Shown here: positions 10,800 to 19,911 of the stretch, piece after piece
How positions within the stretch are numbered: the stretch's first letter is position 1
How the letters are laid out: every line of letters starts with the position of its first letter
DNA from: an uncultured Clostridia bacterium
Lineage (GTDB): Bacteria; Bacillota; Clostridia; Christensenellales; UBA1242
Direction of reading: 5' to 3'
NCBI GenBank assembly: GCA_934747385.1
Contig: CAKVGK010000002.1
Coordinates: forward strand, 258,436-322,435
Length of the DNA stretch: 64,000 nucleotides
Position numbers and translations under genes: made by a program
The notes under the pieces: model-generated
What the model was told of the DNA's origin: nothing
The model's database searches: none
Seen by the model: only the letters and a program-made list of their open reading frames with translations

Positions 10800-11246
10800 C
10801 TAAATAATTAGCCCAACAAAACCACAAACAATTGAGCCAACAACACCACAAACAATCACTGGTCCTGCAATGGTGAACATTTTAACACATATGCCATAAA
10901 TAATGCCCTCTTTTTTAAATTCAATTGCTGGGCTTGAAATCGAGTTACTAAAACCAGTGATTGGAATAACAGAACCTGCGCCACCCCAAGCACCTATTAC
11001 GTCGTACACGCCAATTCCTGTTAAAAAACATGTTATAAAAATTATTGTCATCAACATGCAGGTTGTCAGTTCACTTTCTGCAAGATTTGGGAAAAAGTAA
11101 CTATAAAAATCAAAAAATCCTTGACCTATTGCGCAAATCAAGCCTCCCAAAAAAAATGCTTTTAAAAGTGATGGCCAAGCCTTAGTTTTTGGTAACTTTG
11201 ATTCTACATACAAATTATAGTTAGTGTTTCTTTTATTTTTGTCCAT
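10800..11246 (-). CDS. spoVAC: Stage V sporulation protein AC
   Basis: AFFLGGLICAIGQ and GAGSVIPITGF motifs. Start chosen at ATG 11246, preceded by GAGGTG. Confidence 0.85.
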   Translation of the reverse strand: MDKNKRNTNYNLYVESKLPKTKAWPSLLKAFFLGGLICAIGQGFFDFYSYFFPNLAESELTTCMLMTIIFITCFLTGIGVYDVIGAWGGAGSVIPITGFSNSISSPAIEFKKEGIIYGICVKMFTIAGPVIVCGVVGSIVCGFVGLII

Positions 11247-11369
11247 ATTCACCTCTGCAAAATTATAGCCAAACAAAAATAATTTAAAACATGGCTGAAA
11301 TCTTTTGTTTTATTTTTTTTTAGGCAAATAAAAAGCGATTATCTATACATACTAAGTTAAGGAGTTTTT

Positions 11370-13004
11370 ATGAAAAAAATATTACCAATCATTTCTATAT
11401 TGACATTACCAACCATGCTTTGTGCTTGCAACACTGACAATGAAAAAGCAAATATTTCGTTCGACAGTTACAAAGCCAACATTGCAAATTTTCAACAATA
11501 CTTTAAAGAATACAGCAATGCAAGCGACAATCAACTTAACAAATTGTCTTTAAACAAATATCGTTTAACAGTTGCAATGCAAAACGAGGAAAAAACTTTG
11601 GAAAGCCCAAACATTGAGCAAAGGCCTACAATTGTTGAAGAAGGCAAAGATTCTGTTAAACTAACTGAAAATCAGCCAAGAGAGATTAACATTGAACAAA
11701 CCGACAACACTGACAGCAATGTTGAGGAAAAAGAAAATGTGGATCCAAACGTTGAGACTCCAACAGACGTATTGGACGATCAACAACCAGCAATTTTGCC
11801 AAACACAAAGCAGGACAGACCAACAATTGTTGACAAACTGACAGAAAACACCAGTTCAAACGAAAAAGAAAAGCAGACCTTATCAGTTGAACAACTTTCT
11901 CCTCTTTACTCTTTATCTAACGATATTGACAACGAATGTGACGCTTTTTGCGAACTGAAAAAACAACTTAGCAGTGCAATTGTTGAAACACAAAACCTGA
12001 TTGATAAAGTTAATAAAAAAGAGATTGATTTAACAAACGAGCAGCGAATGTTCTTAACTGAGCAGTCTTCACAACTTAAAAATTTGGGCAAACGTTTGGC
12101 GTCGGTCACAACCGAACTTTCATTTAGCGTTAACGATTTAACAACTCTAATAAATTCAAATGCAGACACAAACGAATTGGCAGTTAAATATTTGTTGATT
12201 TTAAACAACTTAAATCAAGGTAATGAAATGCTTGAAAACAGCCTGTATTCACTCAATATGATTAATCAGTTATTGTCATTGCCAAACTCAATTCCTGGCA
12301 ACAATTATGGCAGAATTTTGTATGGTTTTAGGCAAAACGAGCAACCACCAGTGATTTATGATTATTTGATTGATAAAGACGGAAATTTGACGGAAAATAA
12401 AGATGCTAAAGACGCAAACGAAAACAAAACCGATTACAGCAATGACAATTCAGCACAAAGCGAGGAAAATTCAACCACAGAGCAAAACGCAACCGACGAC
12501 ACAAAAAAACGCACTTGGTTAACACCAAATATTGATAGTTATGGTAATTTTCGCTCTAATATAGACACCTTTTATAACACCGCTTTGTGGAACAGATATA
12601 ACTACGGCAGGAATTATGGCTATGGAAATTTTTATGGTGCTCCAAACGGATTTGGCGGGTACAATCAAGGCATGTACAATAATTTTTACAATCCTAACTA
12701 CAATCAAAATTACAATCCAAACATGCTTAACAACTACGAAAACACAAACAATGAAGGCAACGCATTAAACACAACAAATAGTGTTAAACAAACACAAAAT
12801 ACACAAGATATTCAAAAGCAATCTAAGAAAAAGTTTAAATTAAAAAGGAATATTGACACTTACAAAAATGACAATACTCCAACTCCAAAACAAAGATTTG
12901 CAAAGGTTAAAACTTCAATAGATGGTTTTTTTGCAAAATTCAAAAAAAACAACAAAAACAATTTGAACAATCCAACTTATAATTTTGAAGAAAACAATAA
13001 TTAA
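11370..13004 (+). CDS. Putative lipoprotein with a long low-complexity region rich in N, Y, Q and G
   Basis: AAGGAG RBS. Signal peptide ends in a lipobox-like MLCAC. The C-terminal third is dominated by N/Y/G repeats (GYGNFYGAPNGFGGYNQGMYNNFYNPNYNQNYNPN). Confidence 0.7.
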   Translation: MKKILPIISILTLPTMLCACNTDNEKANISFDSYKANIANFQQYFKEYSNASDNQLNKLSLNKYRLTVAMQNEEKTLESPNIEQRPTIVEEGKDSVKLTENQPREINIEQTDNTDSNVEEKENVDPNVETPTDVLDDQQPAILPNTKQDRPTIVDKLTENTSSNEKEKQTLSVEQLSPLYSLSNDIDNECDAFCELKKQLSSAIVETQNLIDKVNKKEIDLTNEQRMFLTEQSSQLKNLGKRLASVTTELSFSVNDLTTLINSNADTNELAVKYLLILNNLNQGNEMLENSLYSLNMINQLLSLPNSIPGNNYGRILYGFRQNEQPPVIYDYLIDKDGNLTENKDAKDANENKTDYSNDNSAQSEENSTTEQNATDDTKKRTWLTPNIDSYGNFRSNIDTFYNTALWNRYNYGRNYGYGNFYGAPNGFGGYNQGMYNNFYNPNYNQNYNPNMLNNYENTNNEGNALNTTNSVKQTQNTQDIQKQSKKKFKLKRNIDTYKNDNTPTPKQRFAKVKTSIDGFFAKFKKNNKNNLNNPTYNFEENNN

Positions 13005-13723
13005 ACATTAATATTTTCTCGCATTTCTTTTAACACTTTATTTTCAATTCTGCTCACTTGAACTTGGCTCACGCCAAGTTCGTTTGCTATTTCGCTCTGT
13101 GTTTTATCTAAGTAATATCGCATTATTATAACCTGTTTTTCGCGTGCGTCAAGTTTTTCAATCATTTCTCTTAATGCAAGTTTGTCAATATAATTTTCAA
13201 CGGTAAAATTGTCCGCCACCCTATCAAAAAGCGTTACACTATCTTCACCATCGTCAAATTTATCGTTCAAAGAAAGAGGATTTGTGTTGGCTTCCATTGT
13301 GAACACCAAATCCACTTTGTCCATATCAAATTCTTTTGAAAGCAACTCCATGGACGGATTTTCACCATGTTGTTTTTGATAATCAGCAATAAAATTTTTA
13401 ATTAAGATTGCATTTCTTTTCACACTTCTGGAAACTTTAACGCTTCCATCATCGCGTAAAAAACGCTTTATCTCTCCTGCTATCATTGGCACGGCGTAAG
13501 TTGTAAATTTAACATTAAAAGAAGGGTCGTAATTGTTTATTGCTTTAACAAAACCCATTGAGCCAAGTTGATACAAATCGTCGTACTCTATGCCTCGATT
13601 TATATAACGCTTAATCACACTTTTTATAAGGGGTGAATTAAAAGTTATGAGTTTTTCTTTGGCAGAATCGTCGCCATGCTTTGCCATTTCCAACAATTCT
13701 GCTGTTTGATTGGCATTTAGCAT
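13001..13723 (-). CDS. sigF: RNA polymerase sporulation sigma factor F
   Basis: Sigma-70 regions 2, 3 and 4 (DLYQLGSMGFVKAI, TQSEIANELGVSQVQVSRIE), immediately after spoIIAB. Confidence 0.9.
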   Translation of the reverse strand: MLNANQTAELLEMAKHGDDSAKEKLITFNSPLIKSVIKRYINRGIEYDDLYQLGSMGFVKAINNYDPSFNVKFTTYAVPMIAGEIKRFLRDDGSVKVSRSVKRNAILIKNFIADYQKQHGENPSMELLSKEFDMDKVDLVFTMEANTNPLSLNDKFDDGEDSVTLFDRVADNFTVENYIDKLALREMIEKLDAREKQVIIMRYYLDKTQSEIANELGVSQVQVSRIENKVLKEMRENINV

Positions 13724-14152
13724 CTAGCACGCCTCGGCTGATGATATTTTCTTTTTCATATTGACAATCAAACCCTCTTTGCTGTTTTTAACCTCTAAGC
13801 CGTCCATAAACGCTTCAATAACAGTAAAGCCCATGCCGCTGCGCTCCTGTTCTGGCTTGGTTGTGTAAAAAGGGCTTAGCGCTTTTTGAATGTCAACTAT
13901 GCCTATGCCGTTGTCCATAATCGAAATTTGAACAATGTTTTCCTTTATGCTCATTTTCATGGTCACATAGCCGGGTTTTTCAGGGTATGCATGCACAATT
14001 GAATTTGTAACCGCTTCGCTTACCGCAGTTTTAACATCTTCAACCTCTTCAAGTGTAGGGTTCATTTGCATTAAAAAGCCCGCAGCAACAGATCTTGCAA
14101 AAGACTCATTCTCTGGCAATGCTTTAAATTTTAATTCCATAAAATTTTTCAT
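13724..14152 (-). CDS. spoIIAB: Anti-sigma F factor (serine kinase SpoIIAB)
   Basis: HATPase_c motifs (EAVTNSIVHAY, DNGIGI, SGMGF). Start set at ATG 14152 just downstream of the spoIIAA stop. Confidence 0.9.
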   Translation of the reverse strand: MKNFMELKFKALPENESFARSVAAGFLMQMNPTLEEVEDVKTAVSEAVTNSIVHAYPEKPGYVTMKMSIKENIVQISIMDNGIGIVDIQKALSPFYTTKPEQERSGMGFTVIEAFMDGLEVKNSKEGLIVNMKKKISSAEAC

Positions 14153-14162
14153 AATTCCTCCA

Positions 14163-14474
14163 TCACACAATCTTTGGCATAATTTCATACAAGCCTGACA
14201 TTTTAAAAATTCTTTCAGCATTTCTGCTTGGGTTAGAAATGAAGATAGGTTTGTTGTATTCCCTCATTTTCTTATATCTCCCTATTAGCACTCCAACACC
14301 TGTGCTGTCCATAAAAGATAGTTCACTCAAATCCAGCACAATTTGGACAAATCCCTTTTCCGTGTCCAGCAAAGTGTCCAATTCTTTGCGTACAGTTTTC
14401 GCAGTGTATTCGTCAAGTTCCCCTGAAAGCAAAATATATAAGGTTTTATTCATAATCCTCGACTTAATTTGCAT
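14163..14474 (-). CDS. spoIIAA: Anti-sigma F factor antagonist (STAS domain SpoIIAA)
   Basis: STAS domain with LSFMDSTGVGVLIG containing the phosphorylatable serine. GAGGAGG RBS. Confidence 0.9.
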   Translation of the reverse strand: MQIKSRIMNKTLYILLSGELDEYTAKTVRKELDTLLDTEKGFVQIVLDLSELSFMDSTGVGVLIGRYKKMREYNKPIFISNPSRNAERIFKMSGLYEIMPKIV

Positions 14475-14512
14475 ACTTTCCTCCTCGAAACAATACTACC
14501 AAAGCAAAGCAT

Positions 14513-14547
14513 AAAAAAAATGATAACATTTGTAAAAATGCTATCAT
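14513..14547 (-). terminator. Intrinsic terminator after the zinc-ribbon gene
   Basis: Minus-strand ATGATAGC...GTTATCAT stem followed by T7. Confidence 0.65.
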
Positions 14548-14587
14548 ATTTTGTATATTTGTGTTGAATGTGAAAGTGGCAAGATTT

Positions 14588-15625
14588 TTATTTGTTCATT
14601 GCGAAAAATATTAATAAAACCACGCCAACAACAAACAGCGAAAGCAAGAAAATGCTGAAGAAAACGCGCCATTTATTGCTTGGAAGTTCCCCCACTTTTC
14701 CCGTTTGACCATTCATTAATGCTTTATAACGTTTTTCCTTGTATTCCTTATTAAACATATAAACTGGAAGAAGACAATAATTGTATTTTCTGTCAACAAA
14801 CTGAGTTTCAATTTTCAAGTCAATTATTGTGTCGCAGCCATATTTGCGAAGAATCTCGCGTTCCAATTCGCGTTTAACAACAGATTCAGCGTTAGCAACG
14901 CATTCGTTGAACATTTTGTCTTGATATTCTATAACATAACCATTGATGAAATCTTGTTGAAAATCAACCGCTGAAGTATACTCAAATGGCATAATTTGCA
15001 ACAATTCCAGTTGATCCAAGTTAGGATTTGCCTCAATTGTTAAATTTTTAAATAGTTTAACCAAATCACCAGAAACATTTTTTGTGATTGTTTCATAATG
15101 GCTTTCACCTTGGCTGTTTTTAACCAATTTATCATAACTTAAAGTGCCTTTGTAGGTTGAAGTTGTGTTGAAGTCAAAAACGAACGTGTTCACATACAAG
15201 CCTGTTACATCGTCAATTGTTACACCTTTAAAAATCTTTTTGTTGGCATAAAAGCGCTTCATTACTGTGCTTTTAAACTTGTTAACCGCTTCTGCTTTGC
15301 CGAATGTGAAAGGCACAACTGAGTCGATATACATCATATTGCTTTTGCTTGTTGCAGTTAAAGTTTCACTGCCACAATACATACATTTGTTTATCATTTC
15401 GTACTTGTTTATAAGCAGATTTGCGCCACAGGATTTGCATTTGATTGATTGCATTTCCTTTGCAAGTGGGTCAACTTTCATGTTAAGCATTTGCGCTTGA
15501 TTAAAGTCTTTTTTATTAAAAGCATAGTTATACTTAACAGGGTCCATTGCCCCACAACTTTCACACAGATTAGATTTATTTTTAGGGTCAAAATACAAAA
15601 CCCCACCGCACTTACTACATTTCAT
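14588..15625 (-). CDS. Double zinc-ribbon protein with a C-terminal membrane anchor
   Basis: Two CxxC...CxxC ribbons (CSKCGG..CESCG and CKSCGA..CMYCGS) and a terminal TM helix. Function unknown. Confidence 0.6.
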   Translation of the reverse strand: MKCSKCGGVLYFDPKNKSNLCESCGAMDPVKYNYAFNKKDFNQAQMLNMKVDPLAKEMQSIKCKSCGANLLINKYEMINKCMYCGSETLTATSKSNMMYIDSVVPFTFGKAEAVNKFKSTVMKRFYANKKIFKGVTIDDVTGLYVNTFVFDFNTTSTYKGTLSYDKLVKNSQGESHYETITKNVSGDLVKLFKNLTIEANPNLDQLELLQIMPFEYTSAVDFQQDFINGYVIEYQDKMFNECVANAESVVKRELEREILRKYGCDTIIDLKIETQFVDRKYNYCLLPVYMFNKEYKEKRYKALMNGQTGKVGELPSNKWRVFFSIFLLSLFVVGVVLLIFFAMNK

Positions 15626-15950
15626 ACATTTATTTTAACAAAAAAAACCGCAGTTTGCAACAAAAAGCGCAGGCGATTTTTTAATTAACTTACTTTTTAA
15701 TTGTTATTTGAATTTCTGTTAAATATCAATATTATAATATAAAGTTTTACAAGAATGGCTTGGGCATGAAAAATTGGAAGTTACGAAGAAACATTATATG
15801 TCAATAGATAGGAGTTTATCAAAAAATAAAATCCTGGCATTGTACCCTAACAAATATTACCAATTTTAATAGATTTCACCACCCCAATTTCAATTTCTGA
15901 AAAAGTGAAAATTTACCACCCCAATTACCACCCCAATTTTTGCATTGAGC

Positions 15951-15998
15951 AAAAAAAATGGTGACTAGATATTGTGTTGTGCAATACTTAGACACCAT
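15951..15998 (-). terminator. Intrinsic terminator of the tRNA operon
   Basis: Minus-strand 16-bp imperfect hairpin (ATGGTGTCTAAGTATT...AATATCTAGTCACCAT) followed by T8. Confidence 0.75.
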
Positions 15999-16001
15999 AT
16001 A

Positions 16002-16076
16002 TGGAGCTGGTGAATGGAGTCGAACCATCAACCTGCTGATTACAAGTCAGCTGCTCTGCCATTGAGCCACACCAGC
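16002..16076 (-). tRNA. trnT: tRNA-Thr (anticodon TGT)
   Basis: Reverse complement GCTGGTGTGGCTCAATGG...CTTGTAA...GGTTCGACTCC...CACCAGCTCCA. Confidence 0.95.
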
Positions 16077-16108
16077 TTATTAAGTTGTTTGCAGATTTCC
16101 ACTTGGAG

Positions 16109-16193
16109 TGGTGGAAGGGGATGGATTCGAACCATCGAAGACGAAGTCGACGGATTTACAGTCCGTTGCATTTGGCCGCTCTGCAACCCTTCC
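16109..16193 (-). tRNA. trnY: tRNA-Tyr (anticodon GTA), long variable arm
   Basis: Reverse complement GGAAGGGTTGCAGAGCGG...ACTGTAAATC...GGTTCGAATCC...CCCTTCCACCA; 85 nt. Confidence 0.95.
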
Positions 16194-16217
16194 AGATACC
16201 CACTTGATAAACAAGTG

Positions 16218-16293
16218 TGGTGGCTCGAACCGGAATCGAACCAGTGACACAAGGATTTTCAGTCCTTTGCTCTACCGACTGAGCTATCGAGCC
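16218..16293 (-). tRNA. trnF: tRNA-Phe (anticodon GAA)
   Basis: Reverse complement GGCTCGATAGCTCAGTCGGTAGAGC...ACTGAAAATC...GGTTCGATTCC...GAGCCACCA. Confidence 0.95.
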
Positions 16294-16299
16294 TTAATT

Positions 16300-16376
16300 T
16301 GGCGACCCGGAAGGGGCTCGAACCCTCGACCTCCAGCGTGACAGGCTGGCGCTCTAACCAGCTGAGCTACCGGGCC
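16300..16376 (-). tRNA. trnD: tRNA-Asp (anticodon GTC)
   Basis: Reverse complement GGCCCGGTAGCTCAGCTGGTTAGAGC...CCTGTCACG...GGTTCGAGCCC...GGGTCGCCA. Confidence 0.95.
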
Positions 16377-16407
16377 AAATTAAAATTAAGATAATTGCCT
16401 TTAGGGC

Positions 16408-16484
16408 TGGTGGGCCTTCACGGACTTGAACCGCGGACCGACCGGTTATGAGCCGGTTGCTCTAACCAACTGAGCTAAAGGCCC
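16408..16484 (-). tRNA. tRNA with CAT anticodon (Met, or Ile2 read after lysidine modification)
   Basis: Reverse complement GGGCCTTTAGCTCAGTTGGTTAGAGC...GCTCATAACC...GGTTCAAGTCC...GGCCCACCA. From memory the body resembles Bacillus tRNA-Ile2, so the identity is ambiguous. Confidence 0.9.
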
Positions 16485-16542
16485 TTGTGTGTTGCATAAA
16501 CAACTAGCAAGGTTTAATCCGCATCTATCACAATGCAGATAA

Positions 16543-16617
16543 TGGTCGGGGTGAAGGGACTCGAACCCCCGGCCCCATGATCCCAAATCACGTGCGCTAC
16601 CACTGCGCTACACCCCG
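16543..16617 (-). tRNA. trnP: tRNA-Pro (anticodon TGG)
   Basis: Reverse complement CGGGGTGTAGCGCAGTGGTAGCGC...TTTGGGA...GGTTCGAGTCCC...CACCCCGACCA. Confidence 0.95.
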
Positions 16618-16631
16618 ACGATTACTTATTC

Positions 16632-16660
16632 ATAATACAATATTCCAAAATTAAAGTCAA
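16632..16660 (-). promoter_or_regulatory. Sigma-A type promoter of the six-tRNA operon
   Basis: Minus strand TTGACT, 17-nt spacer, TATTAT. The -10 ends about 14 nt before the tRNA-Pro 5' end. Confidence 0.6.
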
Positions 16661-16832
16661 TGGTTTTGTTAAAGTTTTTTGCATTTTTTTAATTTTTTTG
16701 TAAATTTATATGCGCAGTGTTGTTATATATAAACTTTTTAATTTTTTACTTTAAAACCAACTTTAGTTTTAGTTAAGAATTAATATATAAAATAAAGTTT
16801 TTGAGGAGTAGAACATTCTTTTGTTTTGCTGT

Positions 16833-17663
16833 TTACAGCCATGAAGGTATAATTTCAAAAGTTTTGCTGTTTAAATAAGCAAGCGAAGAACCTTTATCAA
16901 ATTTAAAAGCCAAATAATTTGCAGTTAAATGCAGTTGTTTTTTGCTGTCCTTACCATATTTATTGTCCCCCACTATTGGGTAGCCATAATATGCAATATG
17001 TGCACGAATTTGGTGCGTTTTGCCGGTCACAAGGTTGGCAGTCATAAGCGTGTTTTCACCACGATATTCCACCACGTCAAATTCTGTTACGATTGGGTCA
17101 TAGCCAGTTGTTTTAAGTTCGCTAATCCATACTTTGCTTAATGTGTCCACCTTTTTCAAATAGACTGTTCGTTTGATTTTGGTTATGTCCACCCTGCCGT
17201 GAACCAACAATGCGTATTTTTTAATAATCCCTTTTCGAGTTTTAAAAGCGGACAAAAGCGAACGCTCTGCCTGTTTGTTGCGGGCAAAAACCACAAGCCC
17301 TTCCGTGTTGCGGTCTATGCGGTGAACTGGCAAAACAGTGTCATAATTTTGCCTCAAAACTGCCACTAGGTCACGCTCGGTTTCGCTTACAACTTCAATT
17401 CCGGCGCGTTTGTTTACGATTATTACGTTATCATCTGCATACACCAAAGTATACCACTCTTTTTGTTCTTTTTCAGTGTAGAAAACAACCAATTTGTCGC
17501 CAGAATGCAAGGCAATATCCTCTTTCACGCGTGCATTGTTAACCTTAACGTCTTTGTTTGCCAAAATTTTTGCAACGTCAAAACGAGAAAGAAAAGGCAA
17601 CTCGTCAATAATTGCCTTAACCAACTTTTTATCGGTTTTAACTTCAAATTCAATCTTTTGCAT
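16833..17663 (-). CDS. RluA-family pseudouridine synthase (RluD-like, with S4 domain)
   Basis: HRIDRNTEGLVVFA catalytic motif and GKTHQIRAH motif. Confidence 0.85.
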   Translation of the reverse strand: MQKIEFEVKTDKKLVKAIIDELPFLSRFDVAKILANKDVKVNNARVKEDIALHSGDKLVVFYTEKEQKEWYTLVYADDNVIIVNKRAGIEVVSETERDLVAVLRQNYDTVLPVHRIDRNTEGLVVFARNKQAERSLLSAFKTRKGIIKKYALLVHGRVDITKIKRTVYLKKVDTLSKVWISELKTTGYDPIVTEFDVVEYRGENTLMTANLVTGKTHQIRAHIAYYGYPIVGDNKYGKDSKKQLHLTANYLAFKFDKGSSLAYLNSKTFEIIPSWL

Positions 17664-18526
17664 TATTTTAAGTCTTTATAATATAAATCTCGCATAAACT
17701 TTGCGCCAATCTCTTGGCTTTCGCTTGCTTCACTTATAACCCAAGGGTTTACATTCATTTCGTGTAATACTTCAACAAATTCTTTTAAATCAGGCTTGCC
17801 AACGCTGCCGTCCGCCATATTTTCGCCATGAACTAAATGGTGCATTTCACCTTTGTCGTTATATTGGATTGTGTAAGCGTGGAAATGAATATGCTCAAAT
17901 TTTTCGGGTATTTCTGCCTTGATTTTTTCAAGTCTTTCACGAATTGCCTGCTTGTCCGCCAAGCTGCCAACTTCACGTGCATGCAAATGTGCAATGTCTA
18001 TGCAAGGATAGCAATATTGGCATTGTTTGCAGATTTCAATAATCTCGTCCAACGAGCCAAGGTTTGCCGTTTTTCCGCCTATTTCTGGATAAAAGCGAAC
18101 GTCATCATCCATATCGGTTGAAGAAGTAATTTCGTTTATAGCATCAATCAGTTGTTTGATTGCCACGTGCCTGCCCTCTGGTGTGTTTTCGTGACCGCCG
18201 CCCGGGTGAAAAATTATACGATTTACACCAACGGATTTTGCAAGTTCAATGCCCTGACGCATATATTCTTTGCTTTTCTCAACGCTTGGTGTGTTTTTGC
18301 TGCCCAAGTTGACATAATATGGTGCATGAATCGAAAAATACATACCATTTTGGCGTTCTTTCAAATAGATTTCTTTGTTGGCGTCGCTTATTTTAAAGCC
18401 ATAAACGCACTGAATTTCATACGCGTTTAAGCCCATAGCACGCAGCCAATCAAACAAGCCGCTGAACTTACCTTTGTAATTTGATGGTGTGCCAGCAACA
18501 CCAAAAATTGGTGGATTTTGTTCCAT
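17663..18526 (-). CDS. Xylose-isomerase-like TIM-barrel protein (endonuclease IV / sugar phosphate isomerase superfamily)
   Basis: The alternating pattern with SIHAPYYVNL, IIFHPGG, DIAHLHA and HFH resembles the metal-binding strands of AP endonuclease family 2. Confidence 0.55.
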   Translation of the reverse strand: MEQNPPIFGVAGTPSNYKGKFSGLFDWLRAMGLNAYEIQCVYGFKISDANKEIYLKERQNGMYFSIHAPYYVNLGSKNTPSVEKSKEYMRQGIELAKSVGVNRIIFHPGGGHENTPEGRHVAIKQLIDAINEITSSTDMDDDVRFYPEIGGKTANLGSLDEIIEICKQCQYCYPCIDIAHLHAREVGSLADKQAIRERLEKIKAEIPEKFEHIHFHAYTIQYNDKGEMHHLVHGENMADGSVGKPDLKEFVEVLHEMNVNPWVISEASESQEIGAKFMRDLYYKDLK

Positions 18527-18576
18527 ACTGCCCCTTTTAAGAAAACAATTTTAAGAATGTGTTTTATTGGTTAAAA

Positions 18577-19911
18577 CTAAACAAAGTTTTTAAAAAATTT
18601 TTCCCTTAACAACAAAAATTTTGCATCGTTAATACGATAACTATTGTCCACACTCACGTCAAATGTTTTGTTGAGGTGAGCAACTGCTTTTTCGTCGTCA
18701 ATAATCATAATATCTTGCAAACTTTCGTTAATCAAGCCGCGATTGAGTGAAAATGAACCATATAAACCGTAATGGGAATCAATAACAATTGAATTAAACC
18801 TAATAAAACCATCATACAGATAGCAACTTGCACCATATAACGCAAGTTCTTTTGCATACGCGCGGGAAGCGTAATAACGGCTGCTGTCTTCAGTTTTCAT
18901 TGGGATCATCAAGCGAACTTCAATGTTTGAATTTATTGCAAATTTTAAAAGCGACATTATACTTTCCGTTGGAATGAACTCTTCAACCTGAATTTGAATG
19001 GATTTTTTTGCCATACAAATTGCTTTAATCAGTGTCAAATCCAAACCTTGTGCAGTTGAGTTGCTTATATATTGCATTTTAACCTGTGATTTGCTGTCAA
19101 ACTTTGGTGTTTCATAATCCATAAATTTTCCGCTTGCAAAAATAACATCCTTGTGTGCGGCAAGGTCAATAGCTTGCACAATCTCACCCTTAAATTTAAC
19201 AATCATGTTAGAAACAATGCATTTTTCTTTTTCTTGACATGGCTTCAAGTCAATTTTTCCAATGTAAGCTGTTGTTCCGTCAATCACCACAATGTTGCGC
19301 CTATTAACGAACTTTTTGTCAAACGTATGCAGTTTGCTGAACCTGTTTATTTTTGCCCCAGCAATTGTCAATTCTTTTTTAATTTTTCTATTAATGGATT
19401 TTTCGTAAACAATTTTAACTGCAACACCAGCTTCAAGTTTTTTGATTAATGTTTCTTTCATCCAATCCAAATCTCTCGCTTTAAGTTGTGTTATTTCAAA
19501 AATGATGTATTTTTTTGCACTTGCAATTTCCCTTAGCAAATTTTCTTTAAACTTTGCATAGGTGTGGAAAAATTCGCAACCATTGTTTTGATAAACATTA
19601 ACATTATACCCCAACTGATTAAAAGTAAAATACTCATCAAAATTTGTGCTTTTTGGGTTTATTAGGTTTTTGCTGACAAGTTTTTCATAAATAGCGTCTT
19701 CATTTTCTTTAACATTCAATGAATTGCGCTTTTTATAATACAAAATTTTGGAAACAAAATACACTATTCCGCCAACAAGTGACGTGCAAACAAACAATGC
19801 CAGCCACAAAATAATTGCGCGAGGTTTATCTCTTTCAAAAATAATCATGGTTGCAGACATTGTTAACAATACAAAAACAAGCAATAAAATTAAAATAATT
19901 TTAATCAACAT
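18577..19911 (-). CDS. Cardiolipin-synthase-like phospholipase D family protein with degenerate HKD motifs
   Basis: Cls-type N-terminal two-TM region, then two PLD repeats reading NRRNIVVIDG and IRFNSIVIDS where HxK(x)4D is expected. Confidence 0.7.
   Translation of the reverse strand: MLIKIILILLLVFVLLTMSATMIIFERDKPRAIILWLALFVCTSLVGGIVYFVSKILYYKKRNSLNVKENEDAIYEKLVSKNLINPKSTNFDEYFTFNQLGYNVNVYQNNGCEFFHTYAKFKENLLREIASAKKYIIFEITQLKARDLDWMKETLIKKLEAGVAVKIVYEKSINRKIKKELTIAGAKINRFSKLHTFDKKFVNRRNIVVIDGTTAYIGKIDLKPCQEKEKCIVSNMIVKFKGEIVQAIDLAAHKDVIFASGKFMDYETPKFDSKSQVKMQYISNSTAQGLDLTLIKAICMAKKSIQIQVEEFIPTESIMSLLKFAINSNIEVRLMIPMKTEDSSRYYASRAYAKELALYGASCYLYDGFIRFNSIVIDSHYGLYGSFSLNRGLINESLQDIMIIDDEKAVAHLNKTFDVSVDNSYRINDAKFLLLREKFFKNFV

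Noticed and set aside
11348-11354. CATACTA, a match to the sigma-F/G type -10 element, upstream of the lipoprotein gene rich in N, Y and G.
   Set aside because: It ends only 15 nt before the ATG, so the predicted TSS would fall inside the AAGGAG Shine-Dalgarno. The -35 match (GCAAA at 19-nt spacing) is also poor.
16014-16341. Three 70-77-aa ORFs on both strands within 16014-16341.
   Set aside because: They lie entirely over the tRNA-Thr/Tyr/Phe/Asp genes. These are GC-rich tRNA sequences that happen to lack stops.
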